A stretch of 64,000 nucleotides of DNA from Tubulanus polymorphus (taxonomy: Eukaryota > Animalia > Nemertea), in contig NC_134027.1 of the NCBI RefSeq assembly GCF_964204645.1, positions 16,152,485 to 16,216,484 on the forward strand, written 5' to 3'. Both the position numbers and the translations under genes were made by a program. This document shows positions 31,922 through 47,356 of the stretch, piece by piece. The notes under the pieces are model-generated. The model was given only the letters and a program-made list of their open reading frames with translations. It did not search any database and was not told the origin of the DNA. Numbering within the stretch: position 1 is the first letter of the stretch; each line of letters starts with the position of its first letter.

Positions 31922-34900
31922 TCTTTACAAATTAGTTCCATCACTCGCTGTAATAAGACAATTAAAAATCGGTTGATATACATATATTTCCAAGGGATAC
32001 TATCTTTTTTCCAACATCTCATTATTTCCACATCCCAATGAACAGCTCATTAGTCACATTTCTCAGTGTCACATTTCTCAGTATCCCATGTCTCATTCGC
32101 CCAACAATGTATCCATCAATTACAGTGTCATTGAGTATATCAACAAATATGAATGCTCTCATTAAAGCTTATGTGGTTTGTGTGATGTGAAAGCTCCAAG
32201 TTCCTAGTGCTCAATCCAGAGAAAAATAATACCACATCTGATTTCAGCTTTTGAAATTACTCAAATCTTTTTTCGAGCTTACACAGAGTATATGCCATCA
32301 AAACTCAACCTATTGAGAAACAGTATTGAAAGCTAAAATAGTTAATAAGATTGTTCACATCCATATACAAATCACCCACTTTAAGTGTCGATAAAGGACT
32401 TTGGATATTGGTACCATGTTGTGGAATCAAAAATTTGGTCATAACTTGACCACCACGCCGCTTGCGTTGTTCTCACAATAACATATCATATGGTCCTTTT
32501 TATTTCCCTGCACCCCACAAAAATCCTAGATCTGCCCCTGGATAAATCTATTCTACTTATTTCTAACAATTACTAGGGTTGCATAGCAACTACTGTGAAT
32601 CTACTGACATCGGCGCAGACATGGTGGACGTCTTGGACATTTTAGACGTCTCGATTAGCCTGGTGGACCAGGTCATCAGCAGACATGGCTACATAATAAA
32701 GTCGAATAAGTTGCTGAATAAGTAGCCGGCTTCACATTCTGAATAAGTAGCTGAACCAGGAACAAGTGTCTGGTTCCTGGTTCGAAACTAATATTCTGAT
32801 TAAGTAGCTGAATACAGATCAAGTGTTCTGTAGCAACGCTGAAACTACTGAAATTGGCACAGACATGGTGGTAATTAAGACATCTCGATTAGCCAGGTGG
32901 CCGAGGTCAGGTTAGCTAGCTCTTATTACCAAACATGGTGGTTGTTTAGACGTCTCGATCGGACACGTCTCGGATGGTGGTCGAGGTTAGCTCTTATCAG
33001 TAGACATGGTTACGCAATCGTGTCTACCTGTCTGGAATATAGTCGAATAAGTCGCTGAATGAGTAGCCAGCTTGATATTCTGAATAAATTGCAGAAACGG
33101 AAACCAGTTCCAGGTTCTTGGTTCGAAATTAAAAACCGCACATAACTGTGTGGAACCAATTAACTCTCATTTCAACAAAAACGATGCCAAACTTTGTCGA
33201 CTGCCTCTCTAAAAACTGGCGCCATCGTCTATTACTTTCTTCAAAGAATGAATATATTTTGTAGTCAAAATAAAACAATGACAAGACAAAGCCAAGCTAG
33301 GACTATAGAAATTGCCAATATACTATGTTCGAGATACCAAATTAGATAGCCGACTCCATAATAGTCCTCACAAACGAACACACTATAAGCGAACTAAGGA
33401 CGGCACGGATTTCAAATGCATTGCTCGCCATTTTGCGACTATCCATAATAACGTCAGAGGTGCCGAAATTCCCGGAAATTCCGAGAATTTCCCGTATTCA
33501 CATCGGGAACACAAATATAGGTCCCAACACAAGTAACTGAAAGAAAGCGAAAAATTTTCGATGTTTTTCGCATTTTCTTGAAAAATATTGAATCATTCGT
33601 TCGAAGCTTACCGGCCTGACCTCCGCGCATCAATTGTACTTGCTTCACAATAAAAGACGACCCGTAAGCATAACCCCTAAATTTTGTGCCGCGATTTAAC
33701 ATACTCTCGGCGGACTGCCAACCAACCGCCATAACATAGGTAAACCAAAATAATTTTGTCTTTTATCGAATCAACAGTGATATATTCTTCTCTGCTTTTT
33801 TGTTCAGCACGTCAACTCATCAGACAGGGTTCATAGCCTCAAGACCTACCAAAATTCAAGGCCATTTGAGATGCACATTCAAGGCTGTCTCCCCCATGAA
33901 AAACATTTTAACGGCAATATATCCAAACTTCGTCCATTCAAAAAAAAATCCAAACAGGGTTCATAGTGCCACTGCTGACCTGAATTCACTGATATTTACC
34001 GACACAGCAAACAACAGCAACTTTAAGAAATTTGATAATTTTGAGCCAGTGACCAAATGCCAACACTAATGACTTTTTAATAAGTTGAAGTACAGATTTT
34101 CTTGGAAATATAACGGAAAAAATAAGTGTGAAAGCTGTATTGGGTTGAATTGAAATGATGGGAGAGAACTTACTTTTTGCAAATAATTATGATGGAAATA
34201 TCAAGTAAAAAAATTGTTTAAAAAAATCAAATCTGATGAAATCACCAACCAGATGTTTTGGCGGAATTTCGGAGAGATTCATCTCCGTAAAAAGCGCCTA
34301 TACATGCAGTAATAAAACAAAACTGAATTATGATTCATCATGAACATACATAGTACTGGGTTTTCCCCAATGACTCAAACAGACACCTACTGTACAACAT
34401 AGGTCTCCAAGGATAAAAATGAAATCAATACTATTTATATACCATGCAGTAGACATCGTCACGCTGTATTCAAAATTTCCAACGTTACAATAACAATCAT
34501 AAATCTACGATTTGCGACATTTTCGAAATTCAAGGCCCTAAAATCAATTTTCAAGACCAAAGTGCAGAATTCAAGGCCTCTCAGTGAGGCGTAGGAATAC
34601 GATGTTTAGGAGGGTTGAAATTCAATAGGCCCAAGCCCACTCTGTGTGGATGCTAGGCCGACGCATAGACATACATAGGCTTACTAGGACAGGAGGAAGC
34701 AGATTTAGTAGAATACATGTATTAGTGATTAACTGGTTCTTTCTTGCAATGATCGATCACAATTATCAATGATATTTTATTGGCAAAAATAAAGATTTTT
34801 TTTGGAAATTTTGTCTGAGCGGACGACTTTTTAAACCAGACTTTTCATTTGAGTTTTTCATCATTAATGAAACTGGTATTATATCGATTCCTGATGACTA

Positions 34901-35389
34901 AAATTCAACTCGGCATAAGTCGTAGTCCTCGGGATTGACGATTTTACTACAACCTACATGCCGTACGAGTAACGTGTAAGTCGTATTTATACAAGTTATC
35001 TGTAAGTCTTGGTTTTATACGAATTCCGCGAATAACCCGTGAAAATAAGATATACACGACGGCCAATTAAGGGATTTCTATGACAATTGATGCACATGTA
35101 CGTGGATATGAATACAACAAACCCATCACATAATTAGTTCCTGATCTGACCACTAGGGGGCATAAATTTCGGAAACCAATTTAAGCATCCCTTTTTCGGG
35201 TGTAATTCAGTAGTACCGGCAAAATTAGTTTATACAACTGCCACTTGGGAATGGTAAAAATACCACATCTTCAATATTCTCAATGTCATTTCCCCCAAAT
35301 TTGGTACATTAGTACTTTGCGCGTAGTAGCCCTTGTGGGTGAACATATCTGTCACCAGCTGACGCCTAGGTGGCGCTCCTTCAGAATTG

Positions 35390-35940
35390 CAGATAATGAC
35401 ATATGCGTAAATTATAGAATCTTTAAACTTAAATATGATTATGAAAACTATTTATCCGTTGTACCGAACCACCTCATGTATAGTCTCGCTGAATTTCGGA
35501 TCGGTAGCCGTAAATTAGATGCCAACAAACTTAGCAATGTAAGTATTGATAGAAACGAACGTATTTGTACATATTGTAGTCTTAACAAAATCGGTGATGA
35601 ATTCCATTTTCTTTTTGAATGTTCCAAACTAAACAATATACGAAGAGTTTTCTTAACACCTTTTTATGTAATTAGACCCAACACTTTTAAAATGTCACAA
35701 TTACTTAATGCTGTAAATAACAATATATTAATTAAACTCGCTAGATTTGTAAATGCTGGTCTCAAGCTACTTAAGTCAAGTTCATGTATACATATCTGTT
35801 ATCTCTATTATTATTCTATTCTATGTGTATCTCTGTTTTCTTGTTTTTAAGTTTTGTAAATTATAAATTTTATTGTACAAATTCTTGTAACCTCTATGTA
35901 CCAATGTTTGGTTAGTGCAAATAAATAAACCTAAAAAAAA
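35390..35940 (+). mobile_element. 5'-truncated non-LTR retrotransposon 3' end (RTE-X-like)
   Basis: YRIFK...ENYL...FRIGS...ERICTYCSLNKIGDEFHFLFEC C-terminal CCHC motif, then 3' UTR, AATAAA and an A-tail at 35919-35940. Confidence 0.8.
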
Positions 35941-38042
35941 GAACGTTATGCACGGATTTCGGTGACATTTTTGCACGCATCCTTGTACATCTTTTCCAGC
36001 AAGGCATAAACCTGTCATCGCTGCTTTGCAGCTATATTTATTATTTCATTTCCACTCTCCAGCCAAATCTCTTTCATAAAATGTAACTCCTCTCAGATTC
36101 GACTACTAACAGCTTATAAACATTATTTTCAATTCCGGTAAATTTGTCCGTCTGGCCATTTCGAATTTGCATATAGCAATTCATCATGAATTAATCCTGC
36201 GTATTTACCGGGTCTAAACAGCGAACAAGAATGTCACAAGGATTTGTCATCCATTGATAAAAGTGCATCCCGAAATGCCCACAAATTACCTGACGATGTT
36301 GAGCGTCAATTCATTCGTAAATCACGGTTTCAGACAAACATCAGTCCGGATCCGTCATTTCCCATAAACTGTTTCATCTATCCGTGATTCAAAAATGTGC
36401 TCGTTCGCAAAAAGCCGATTGTTTGACAATGAAGGTCGTACAACTCGGGAATTCGTTATGTTTATGAGCTCCATTATTTTAATGCTCTTTAGCAACTATG
36501 AACATGAACTGGAATAACTAAATCCGGTGCGCAACAAGTCTCGTATTAATGAAACGACATGGCAGATGGTTGAAATCATTTTCGGCTTGAAAAACAATTT
36601 TTTCTAACAACCAGAGCTGCCAACCTAGATTTTATCTTTTGCTGAACACATGTCCAAGTTTATCAGTATTTTCAAAAAATGTCCTGTAATGCCCTATTTT
36701 CAAATCAGAGGATGTTTTATAAAGGATTTATATGTTTTATGTTAATAAAGGACCATGGGTCCAGTAGGATCAACTGAGTAGGTTTTAGTTTTGAGCACAA
36801 AAATCGATTTGTTCTTGGATTGGCAATTACGTATAAACAGCTGATAAAGATGGAATCATCATGGTGCACTGTGTAGTAAGCATGTTCAACTTTGATATAT
36901 ATGGTAATGGGTTTTCCCTATGAGTCACAAGTACGTGGTAGAACAGTTCTCTATAATGATGTCACTGGGAAAGCCTTTCTACAGAGATTTGATCGATATC
37001 AATTGGGATTGTTATTTATTGTTAAAAGTCAATAATTGTGTACACAAATTGACGGTGCTATTGGCATTGATGCCAATGTTGGCGATGATGACATTGTTGA
37101 CAGTATTAACAATGTTGACAAATTGTCTTTTCAGTGACGCATATTAATCGCAAAGATACAATGCATCCCCTGCACTACTTAATCAGAAACGAGATGAGCT
37201 AATAAGTCTACAAACAGATAAGCATTAGTAAAACCAGGGACAGCTAAAGATTGGCATACTTTATTGTTGAACTGGGTGAACACAGTTAGATCACCCTTAA
37301 GCACACCTTACCTTACAAGATTTTTGAATAGACTTCCACAATCTTAGATGATCACATGGAGGATTGGGGCAGGAATCAAGTCAGAACTAAGAGCAACAAG
37401 GGTGGCACAAATGGTGTCATAATGCATGCCATGTTGTCCAGGCTGGATACAAGGTCACTATGATCTTTGCTTAAAACAGAGTTATACTGATCCTGGCACT
37501 TGGATTTAGTTGCCCATTTCCCTGTTAGATCTATCAGGAATGCAAATCCCAGACAGGGGCATAATGCACTGATCAGAAAGTAGTATGGGAAGGATCAAAG
37601 TTCCTGATAGGCTGAGCTAGAAAATGGTTGCATCTCTTAGAAACTCCAGAAATTTGTGTGTATGGAAACGTGGGGATTACGATGAAACATGAGATACATT
37701 TTAAGAGTTAGTGACAAGGATAACATGGATGAAAGTGACTTTGAGAGAGAGAGACGGAGACATTATTCGAAATGTTCCATGAAAAGATTAACTCCTGACA
37801 AGAACATGTAATGCGCAAGCTAATCTATAGAATGTATTATATGTCATTATACTTAGCATATCAGTATCTGATTCAGATCAGTAGCAGTTTCATTTTAAAT
37901 AAGGGCTTGCCTGCACTAAAGCTTTTACTCTGGTATAATCAATCTTTTAATTTTCTAAGATATGTATCTTTCTAAAAGAGAAAACCAGAATTAACCACTT
38001 AGTGTCATACATTACCTGTAATTAGAACAATGGCAGACTCAA

Positions 38043-39018
38043 CTAGGCCCAAATGCCAACATCATCCTATCAGTAAATTAAAAACAATATCATATTCTTT
38101 TAATTCTTTTAATCTGTAGATATTGGGTTTTAATCTTAATATCATAGTAGATTAGAAACAGCTCCACAGTGAGCAAACTACATCGATGAGCAAGGAAAAA
38201 TACTTTTCTTCAATTCAAATACCTGCTGAGAAGAGGATTTCTTTAATTCATCAAGTTTCGATTCATTACTTGTTCGTATATCATCAACATTCTTCTCATT
38301 ATGTAGAAGTTTAACTCGATTTTGTGTCTTGGAATAAAATATAATAACATAACATTAAAAAAAAGAATAACAAAAGAACATGAAAGATACAAAACATTTC
38401 AATGTCATGATTATACAGATAATTACAAGTTCTTTTAGTTGTTTTTGAAGTCGCTCCTTATCAACTTTGAGTTGTCCAGCTTCTGACGCGGATTTGGGTT
38501 CTATGGTAGACATTTCTAATAAAGCCAATGTAGCATCCTTTTCACTGATTGCTGCAAGTATTGCTTCTTGTCTATAAAAAATATCGATATTGATCAGGTA
38601 TTATCATCTGATATCACGGAATTGCAGAATGTTTTGGAAATCCCCAGAATTTATCAGTTTTATATTCACACGATATATCAACCGTGAAATTTCTTTTGAT
38701 TGAATTCAAAATGTTTCCATTTAACCAAAATATTCAAAAAATGTAAATCACATAATCATCAAAAGATCTACTAATACATCAATACGTTTTTCTGCTATTC
38801 TTTTCGGCCATCTTCCCCATCTTTTCTGATACCGATCCCAGCTAGTAGCATACATACTTCATTTCATAAACTTCCTCTAACTGCTTACGGCGTTCAGCTT
38901 TAAATTGACTTAGTGTATTCTCCTTTTCTTTCAGATATTCAGTTAATGAATGCAGTTTATTTTGTTGCTCTGAGTTCATTCTTTCCAAAGTGTCTATTTC
39001 AGATTGCTGAGCATTTAT
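38043..39018 (-). CDS. ERC1: ELKS/RAB6-interacting/CAST family protein, last four coding exons
   Basis: Exons 39018-38858, 38571-38427, 38327-38223, 38066-38043 splice to ...AERRKQLEEVYEMKQEAILAAISEKDATLALLEMS...TQNRVKLL...DDVGIWA*, the ERC signature with the IWA PDZ ligand. An invertebrate gene would be co-orthologous to ERC1/ERC2. Confidence 0.92.
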
Positions 39019-39647
39019 CTAAAAATATATCAAAATCACTAGTGGGACCTGCATTAATTTGAAGTTCATGGTGGTAAAAAGTATGCATAGAATACAATAT
39101 GAAAAAAATTTTATATACATCAAGATCTACCTCCAACCTAGCGCTGAAAAAAATCGGTAACCCTAATCTTATGCAAAGAGATGTGTTCTATGATCAAGGT
39201 CAAGGTAAATTAAAATCCATTGATATTTTTCTAAAAAGAAAACATATTACATATCTATGCACCAGCACAACGAGGAAACTAAGTTGGCTGCAAATTGTTT
39301 TTAAAATTGACTGATCTAAAAACCTGTCCGGCATGTGAGAGATCTTGCCCAAAGTATACCCATCAATGGAAAATGGTAAACCATTAGTAACCTACAGGTG
39401 TTGCAAGAACATAAGGCCAAAAATAAAAAAAGCTTCCTACGCCAATATGTCCTCGCTTTACCCATTCAAAAACAATCTAAATAACTTTAACAGATTTTTG
39501 TGCCACTGCCAATCCAATCTCACTGACAATCACATACCATGTTAGTAACTATAAAACATTGTCTTCGTCATCAATATTTTTTTGCAACTTGTGAGAGATC
39601 AATATAATTAATAGTATATGATCGGGGTTGAAATCTCAGCTTGCCTA

Positions 39648-40106
39648 AAGCCTAGCCTACATTGACACTGCGATTGGAGACAACTAGTGGCCGGGAAGTT
39701 TTCAACACATGAGAGCAACTGGCTGGATTCAATCAGTTGCTTGAACGTGTTGCTGTGAACTAGCTTATGACTGGTTAGCGTCTATCAATCCCCAGTTCCA
39801 GCCAGTTGCTCATGTTCTACTTTTGAACAATTAGTTGTACTAAGTTTCTGTCATATCCGTTGATGGGAGCGCTCCATAATCAACAACGCATGGTTGCAAC
39901 TGACTAAAACAAAACAATCTTGTCATGTGACTTGAGATCCCCTAGTGAATATTTGCTAGATAACACATCTCAGTTGCGCGCTATGGACCCAGCGACCGGC
40001 ATGAGCCACGCAGTTGCCGGTTATTACTAGATTTTCGATGCGAGCGAGATACTCGCTCACTTGCAACTAGTTTGCTCCAGTCACTTTTTCGATGTATGCT
40101 AAGCCT
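39648..40106. mobile_element. Probable MITE
   Basis: Imperfect TIR AAGCCTAGCCTACATTGA / TCGATGTATGCTAAGCCT with repeated CAACTG/CAGTTG motifs inside. Confidence 0.45.
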
Positions 40107-40788
40107 AATAATTCACCCCAGTTTTTAGGGTGAAGAGTAATGCCCGTCCAAAACTGCAAGCGATGATTGCACATTGATTTGGCCTTATTCAAATTCAACA
40201 AGTTCTACAAACTAGGTCAAGTACTTGTGTTCATAGCTCCCGAGTCTCTAAGCATTATTGCAAGGCGTTAGATTTGATCAGCGCATGCTAGTACGATCAA
40301 TATCTGTATGTATGTATTCTGTGATACACAGCAAGTATATTGAGTGTCGGAGTATATAACCAAGATTTTGAGGGTTTCGTCTTTGAACGCCCATAACTAC
40401 TGAACAAAGCGTCGGATTTTAATGAGATAAAGTCCTTCTGAGGCAAATAGCATTGAATTTTCACACGTGTACTTTTGGACAGTTAAAGATCTCAATGATC
40501 CAAACTACCTTTCCGCTATGTCAGAACATCAACAAGGTAAATTTCTAAAAGAGATATCCTGAGACACATTGACCTGCTTTCAGAGTTCTACATGCACGAT
40601 ATTATATGAGACAATGCTTTGAATGGAAATTAAAACGATCCACAACCAATAATTGTCCTTTTTTGGAGCTTTACACAAAGAAATTTTGAAAATGAAATAG
40701 TTACTAATTTCTAACATCAGGTGGCAGTTTTGGAAGGACATAGGAGTAATAGGGTATATGTCTTAACATACCAGAGGTCGAAACGTCA

Positions 40789-43700
40789 CCCCTGCGAAGC
40801 TGGCTCCCGGTTCCCGGTTCCTTATTGGTTCAGCTCCCGATTCAAAATGCTTTTGAACCGGGAGCCGAATCGGGAACCGGGAACCGGGAGCCGGCTACTG
40901 GTTCAGCTCCCGATTCAAAATGTGAAGATGGCTACTTATTCGCCAGGTGGCGCTGGTATACACTATGCCGTAGTCCAGACATTTTACGTAACTATGTCTA
41001 CTCTGCTGATAAACAAACTCGACCTCGACCTTGACAACAAATCGCCAGGTGATGGCGCGAGCCAATCCAGACGTCTAAACACGATTGCGTATGCGACCGC
41101 GAGAGCGGTCAGCTGTATGTAGCTATACGTCAGTAAGCTGCGTCTATTAATAACATAACTTTGTGTATTGCTCGGTCGTTTTTCTCGTCACCGAATCGAC
41201 TTCTTCATATGTTATTCGCCTCTTTAATCATTTAATCAATAAACCATCGATTGTTCCCGAGCTATAGGGTATTGATTAGTCAGCACTGAAAGGGTTAACA
41301 AGAGAGAAAGTTTCTAACGAAAGTTATCGAATCCCCAAGAAAACAATATCTGCAAGCCCATGAAATTGTAAGATATAAAATAAACAGACGCTTTCTGCCT
41401 TCCGTATAAATCACCCTTCATGCAGGGTAAATCCATTGTCAAAGATGAAAAAACATTCTATTTTCCTATCTATCAAATTCCATAGAAAACATAAAAGAAC
41501 ATTTTTCTCATCCCTAAACCGAAAATAGCTGGAAATGAGAGCGCACACAAAATTCTAATCCAATAGTTACCACGGTTGCATGGTAAAACAGTGAGACCAC
41601 TAACATTGGCGCAGAGATAAGATGGTTGTTTAGACGTCTCAATTGCAAAATGTGAAGCTGGCTACTTATTCGATTCGACTCAATTGCGGACAGCAGGTAA
41701 ACATAATTACGTAACTATGTCTGCTGAAATGAGTGCAACCTTGACCTCGGCCACCAGGCTAATCGAGACGTCTGAATTAACACCACGCGTGTGACGATTT
41801 CTTCCCGATTCAAAATCATTTCGAATCCGGAGCCGAATCGGGAACCGGGAACCGGCTACTGGTTCCCGGTTCCCGGTTCAAAACCATTTTGAATCGGGAG
41901 CCGAACCGGGAACCGGGAACCGGCTACTGGTTCGGCTCCCGATTCAAAATGTGAAGCTGGCTACTTATTCGATTCGACTCTATTGCGGCAGCAGGTAAAC
42001 ATAATTACGTAACTATGTCTGCTGAAATGAGTGCAACCTGACCTCGGCCACCAGGCTAATCGAGACGTCTGAATTTAACAACACGCGTGTGACTTCAATA
42101 TACACAGTTACTATGCAACTATATTCTATACTATAAGCGGCTAAGCCATAGCGTATTAACTTTGTAGCGCGTAATCTCCGTTCGTGTGGCTTCGATTACG
42201 CGTTGAGTGGTATGGATTGAAAGAGGATGGTCTGATCTGTGTTTACGAATAGATTTCGTGCCGATACGATAAAGTTTAGGTAGACTTTTCTACCATTAAG
42301 TTTGGACTTTCCGCGTGACGTCACTGCGCGCGATGATGAAAACAAACATTTGCGCGATGTGAGCCTCAGCTGTTGCTCGTTGACTACAGAGACGCCGGTG
42401 ACCTAATTTCATTTTGTCTGCCTACAGAGACGCAGATGACGTCAATTCTGGGGAATGTAATAGTGGAGAATACTGCGATGTGAGCATCATCGTTCTGATA
42501 CGAGAAAGATGTACTGCATAATTTGTTATATGTTGCTAGTTCTTCTGCCCTGGGCCCGGTTTAGGTGATAATTCTAATGGAAAATTCTTAATTCGGGTTA
42601 GTTAATTGGTTTACCTTTGTCAGCGATATGAAGTTGGCTATTGAAATGTGTATTGAAATATTGTCAACATATTTGAAAATCATTTTCAATCGGGAGCCGA
42701 ATCGGGAACCGGGAACCGGTAGCCGGTTCCCGGCTCCCAATTCAAAATGTGAAGCTGGCTACTTATTCGATTCGACTCTATTGCGGACAGGTAAATGTTA
42801 TGATTGCGTAACTATGGTGTCTGCTCTCAAGTGCTAGCCGCAACCTTGACCACCAGTCGAGACGAGGCCAATCGAGACGTCTAAACACATCGCGCAACCA
42901 GATGTGCTGACCGCGAGCGTTGCCCGGAGCGTTGACATGCACTTTGACTCAGCAACTCATAATATCTTCTTTTATTCATTGAAGGTTTTGTGAAATAAGC
43001 GAAATCCTCGGAAATTTCTTTCCTTTTCAAAACTGCCAGCTGCTGCTACTACGTCATCATTCCGATATGAGTGTATGAAGCTACGAGATAGATTGTACGC
43101 GTGACTTGTGATATGTAGTTTTTCCCACAGCCAAATGGGTTAATGCCCTGGGCCCGGTTTAGGTGATAATTCGAATTGAAAGTGCTTTATTCTAGTTAGT
43201 GAATTCGATGATTAAATCTCTTTCACAAACGCTAATTAGGGAAAAGTGAATTAATTGTAATTATCTCCGAAGTTAATTCCAAATTAATTATTGCATTATT
43301 CCTATACGATGAAAAAACTATCATTAATGAAATGACCAGCCCCGTCGCTAATCATGCACACCGGAATTAGGGGGAGCTTAAATTCCCGTTCGTGAAACCC
43401 GACCCTGGTGAAAATGCGATCAATAAGATCAAAATTGTGACATCGTCAAATAAACAGGCGTTCGAACGAGACGTCCGCCCACCGTCTGAATCACCTACAT
43501 ATACATACCTATAGTCGCCTTTTTTGTTGAGTATTATATTTTCCGTAAATATTATAACACACTAGGAAACGAAAACATGTGGATAATTTGGAAGAAAGGG
43601 TTGTATTGTAGGTAAATATATTCATATGTATTCTAATCCAATGGTTACTGTGGTTGCATAGCAACTGTGAAACTACTGAAATCTGCACACGCAGACGTCT

Positions 43701-46700
43701 CGATTAGCCTAGTGACCGAGGTCAGGTTAGCTATCGCTTATCTCAGGCGAGACATGGTTACGTAAATACGTCCGGACTGAGGAATATCGTATACTCGCGC
43801 CATGTGAGAATAGAAAACCTGGAAAGAATGAAATGTCCGGCTGTCAAAAGGTAATAGCAGAGCCGTCGGAAGGAATTTTTAAGTGGCGAGGCTTATTTCT
43901 GAAGGGGGTTTAGGGGCCCTCCCCTAGAAAAATTTTGAAAATTCAATCGCCGGAGATGCGTTTTGGGGCCATTTCTCGGTCTCATTCACAGAAGCATGAG
44001 AAGCCGTGAGCCAACCACCTAGTACAGAGAACGACGAGCTGCTACGCGGTACAGCGTGCTTTAGAAAAATATTTTGTTAAGCAAAAAAGTGGGGCGGCTT
44101 TGGCCGCCCCTGTTCCGACGGCCATGAATAGAGATGTTATACGAGAGGTCATCGGTTGGTTTTTCGATGTATTTGATGATGCGCTGTAACTTAAACCATA
44201 GCGCCGAATCGATTTAGGGTGTTTTAGTAAAAAAAGTCGAATCGGAACAGTTTTCCAACCTATTACTATCAACGGAATTCCTTTGTAAAAGTACATAATT
44301 TCAAAATTTTTGATATATCTCGAATATCGTTGATGAGTCATATATAATGAAGGTCGAAGGTTTAGAGGGTCGATCTATTGGAATTTTAAAGGCATAGTTA
44401 TATAATTTCTGGAATGAAAAAAAATCAAAGTTTGGAACTTAATGATAGTGAAGTTTCAGCATGTCTCCTTTACAATGAAGGATTCAATCCGCGATGTTGA
44501 TTCTACTTGCTTAAAGGGCACATGTACAATTAATAGAATATCATGTCATACTTTTTCTATGAAGTAATATGTTCACAAGTTATAATATACTACTGATTAT
44601 CATTTCAGTCATTTCCTGAAATACTATCTACACTGTATCTAGATGTGTGCAGGTACGTGTTCCTGACGTCATCTCTGTTGAAAGCTTACTGTTTACTCAG
44701 TTTCTACTCATTTAAAAGGGGTATTTAAGATTTTTTTAATTAATGATTTCTAAAGAATTGTTGGTGCCATCGTATATGATATGATAAACATATATGTTAG
44801 TGGGTGCATCATATAGCCGTGATATATAAGAGGGAACAAATTATGACTATCAATTGTATACGTATTGGGCTAGAGAGCGCATACGTGCTTAGGTTTATCA
44901 CCGACATACCGTGAAAAAATCAACAGTGAGTTTGGTGAACTGTGTAAACAAAGTGAAGAATAAATGAACGACGCATTTATAAGTAATCAATCCTTTGCGA
45001 AATAAGCATTGCGTTTATCAATCACGAAAAGTACAATTCATTGGCCATGTGGCCAAAAGAAAAAACGTTTGAGACGCTGAAGCAAGAGTTTCGGTGGGCT
45101 GCAATCAAACCCAGGCAAGTATGGCGCCAGAGAGGCGATCCGATGTTTATTGGACAGTGTCTGTCATCGAGAGGATTTCCGAGGTTGCGCCAGACGTGAT
45201 GACACAATCAACTGGGACTATCGTAGCTACGTCACCAAGCAATGATGCTGACCTACTATTTAGTCGGAAAAGCTGACCGTGTGAAGAAATTGATATCTGT
45301 TATCACTCATCACCGCTCAATGAGATACACGTGAGAATCCCATCTGTTGCTGACGCACTGTTGCCGGGGCACCGCTCCAGGGGAAATTAGTACGTATGAT
45401 CACAAATGTGAAAATGCAGTGTTAAGTATTATAGCAATACAACACGACAAGTTGAGTCGCTGTATCGCTTTTCTAGCAATCAATAAATGCTCCCTATTGT
45501 GCGTACTGATCACGCCGCTTAAAGCGTATGTATGTTTCAATGCGCGAAATTAAATAGTTCCATTGTCACCTAATTTTACTTTGCTTTCCGGAAGAAATTC
45601 AGATGTGTCGTTACTTTTACGCAAAGAGTGTAAACATGTAACAATTAATTATTGGAAACAATACGATAGTTTTGTGCTTGAAGATAAGATACTGCCCGAG
45701 CGCATCAATCGACTGCGCTTTACTACAAGTATTCAAATAGGCCTGCAACTGCTGTATCGAATCGATGATGAGTGTTGCATTGCATTTATCTCTCTCTAAA
45801 TCGCAAATTTTTCTCTGGCTTTGCGCATAGTTTATTTCAAGTAGTGAGAAAAAATGGTACGGTCAGCTTCGGTGCTACTGATGTCGATTTCTATTCTTTT
45901 ATCTCATCATTCCAGAGAGCAGTGGAAATATGTAGAGATTTAGGGGGATGAGGGTTATTGAGGCTTGGGTCACATAATTTTTCTGAGATCGGTAGATCAC
46001 ATTTTGCGGCCGTAAAAGCGCTGCGAACCGTAAAAGCGTTCATTGTTTGTGTTTTCCCGATCTCCGTTTACCTTCGGTGTACATGTTTTATATATAAGTG
46101 AAACACGGTAAATCGCAATGCCGGGTATTGATGTGCAGTCGCGGCCATGGCCATGTTTCAGAAGGTACCGGTATTATACCACGGAATATAAATGTTCTAA
46201 ACTCGAAAGGGGGGACACCTTTAGATGTATATGAATCCATCGGGTAATATGTAAATAGTATGTTCCGTAAATAATGTTTGTTATGTTTTAAGATACGTTT
46301 TCATTTACCTCCTAAATGAATGCTGTTTTTCCTCCTCCATATACCATAGAAGTGATTGGAGTGTAATGAATATTCGTATTCGTATTAAAAGTATTGAGAG
46401 CAATCTGTTCGAATAGTATTAAAACATGTGTGTAACTGAAGCTTTTATATATATATATATATATATACGTTTTTATGTGCGCTCTCATTTCCAGCCATTT
46501 TCGGTTTAGGGATGAAAAAATGTTCTTTTCTATGGAATTTGATAGATAGGCGGGCAGAAAGCATCTGTTTATTTTATATCTTTCAATTTCATGGGCTTGC
46601 AGATATTTACTTCTTGATGAGGGGATTCGATAACTTTCGTTAGAAACTTTCTCTGTTATTAAGGGCTCGAGAACAATCGATGGTTAATTGATTAAATGGT

Positions 46701-47132
46701 TAAAGAGGCGAATAACATATAAAGGTCGATTCGGTGACGAGAAAAACGACCGAGCAATACGCACGTTCTTAAACCAAGATATTAATAGACGCAACTTAAT
46801 AAACTCCTGATGTAAAGCTACAGCTGACCGCTCTCGCGGTCGCATACGCAATCGTGTTTAGACGTCTGGATTGGCTCGCGCCATCACCTGGCGATTTGTT
46901 GTCAAGGTCGAGGTCGACTTTATCAGCAGAGTAGACATAGTTACGTAAAATGTCTGGACTACGGCATAGTGTATGCCAGCGCCACCTGGCGAATAAGTAG
47001 CCAGCTTCACATTTTGAATCGGGAGCTGAACCAGTAGCCGGCTCCCGGTTCCCGATTCGGCTCCCGGTTGAAAAGCATTTTGAATCGGGAGCCGAATAAG
47101 GAACCGGGAACCGGGAGCCAGCCTCACAGGGG
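40789..47132. mobile_element. Foldback/Mutator-like non-autonomous element with 650-750-bp TIRs
   Basis: 40789-41546 is the inverse of ~46476-47132; flanked by the 11-bp duplication TCGAAA(C/G)GTCA, which is single in the uninterrupted right arm. Confidence 0.75.
43858..44126. mobile_element. hAT-like MITE with 5-bp TSD
   Basis: TIR CAGAGCCGTCGGAA / TTCCGACGGCCATG with AATAG on both flanks. Confidence 0.72.
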
Positions 47133-47356
47133 TCGAAAGGTCAAGCTCGCAAAAAATTTACTTTTAAAAATTTACTTAAAATGTATTTTTTACTCACTCA
47201 ACTTTTCAACCTCTGATATGAAAAGACATATACTCTATTACTCTAATAATTTCATATATATGAATATCATTTGTATGAATATCATATATATATATGAAAA
47301 TCAATTATATATGTTAATTTAAAAAGTGTGAGCAAAGTGTGAGAAAAAGTAACGAG

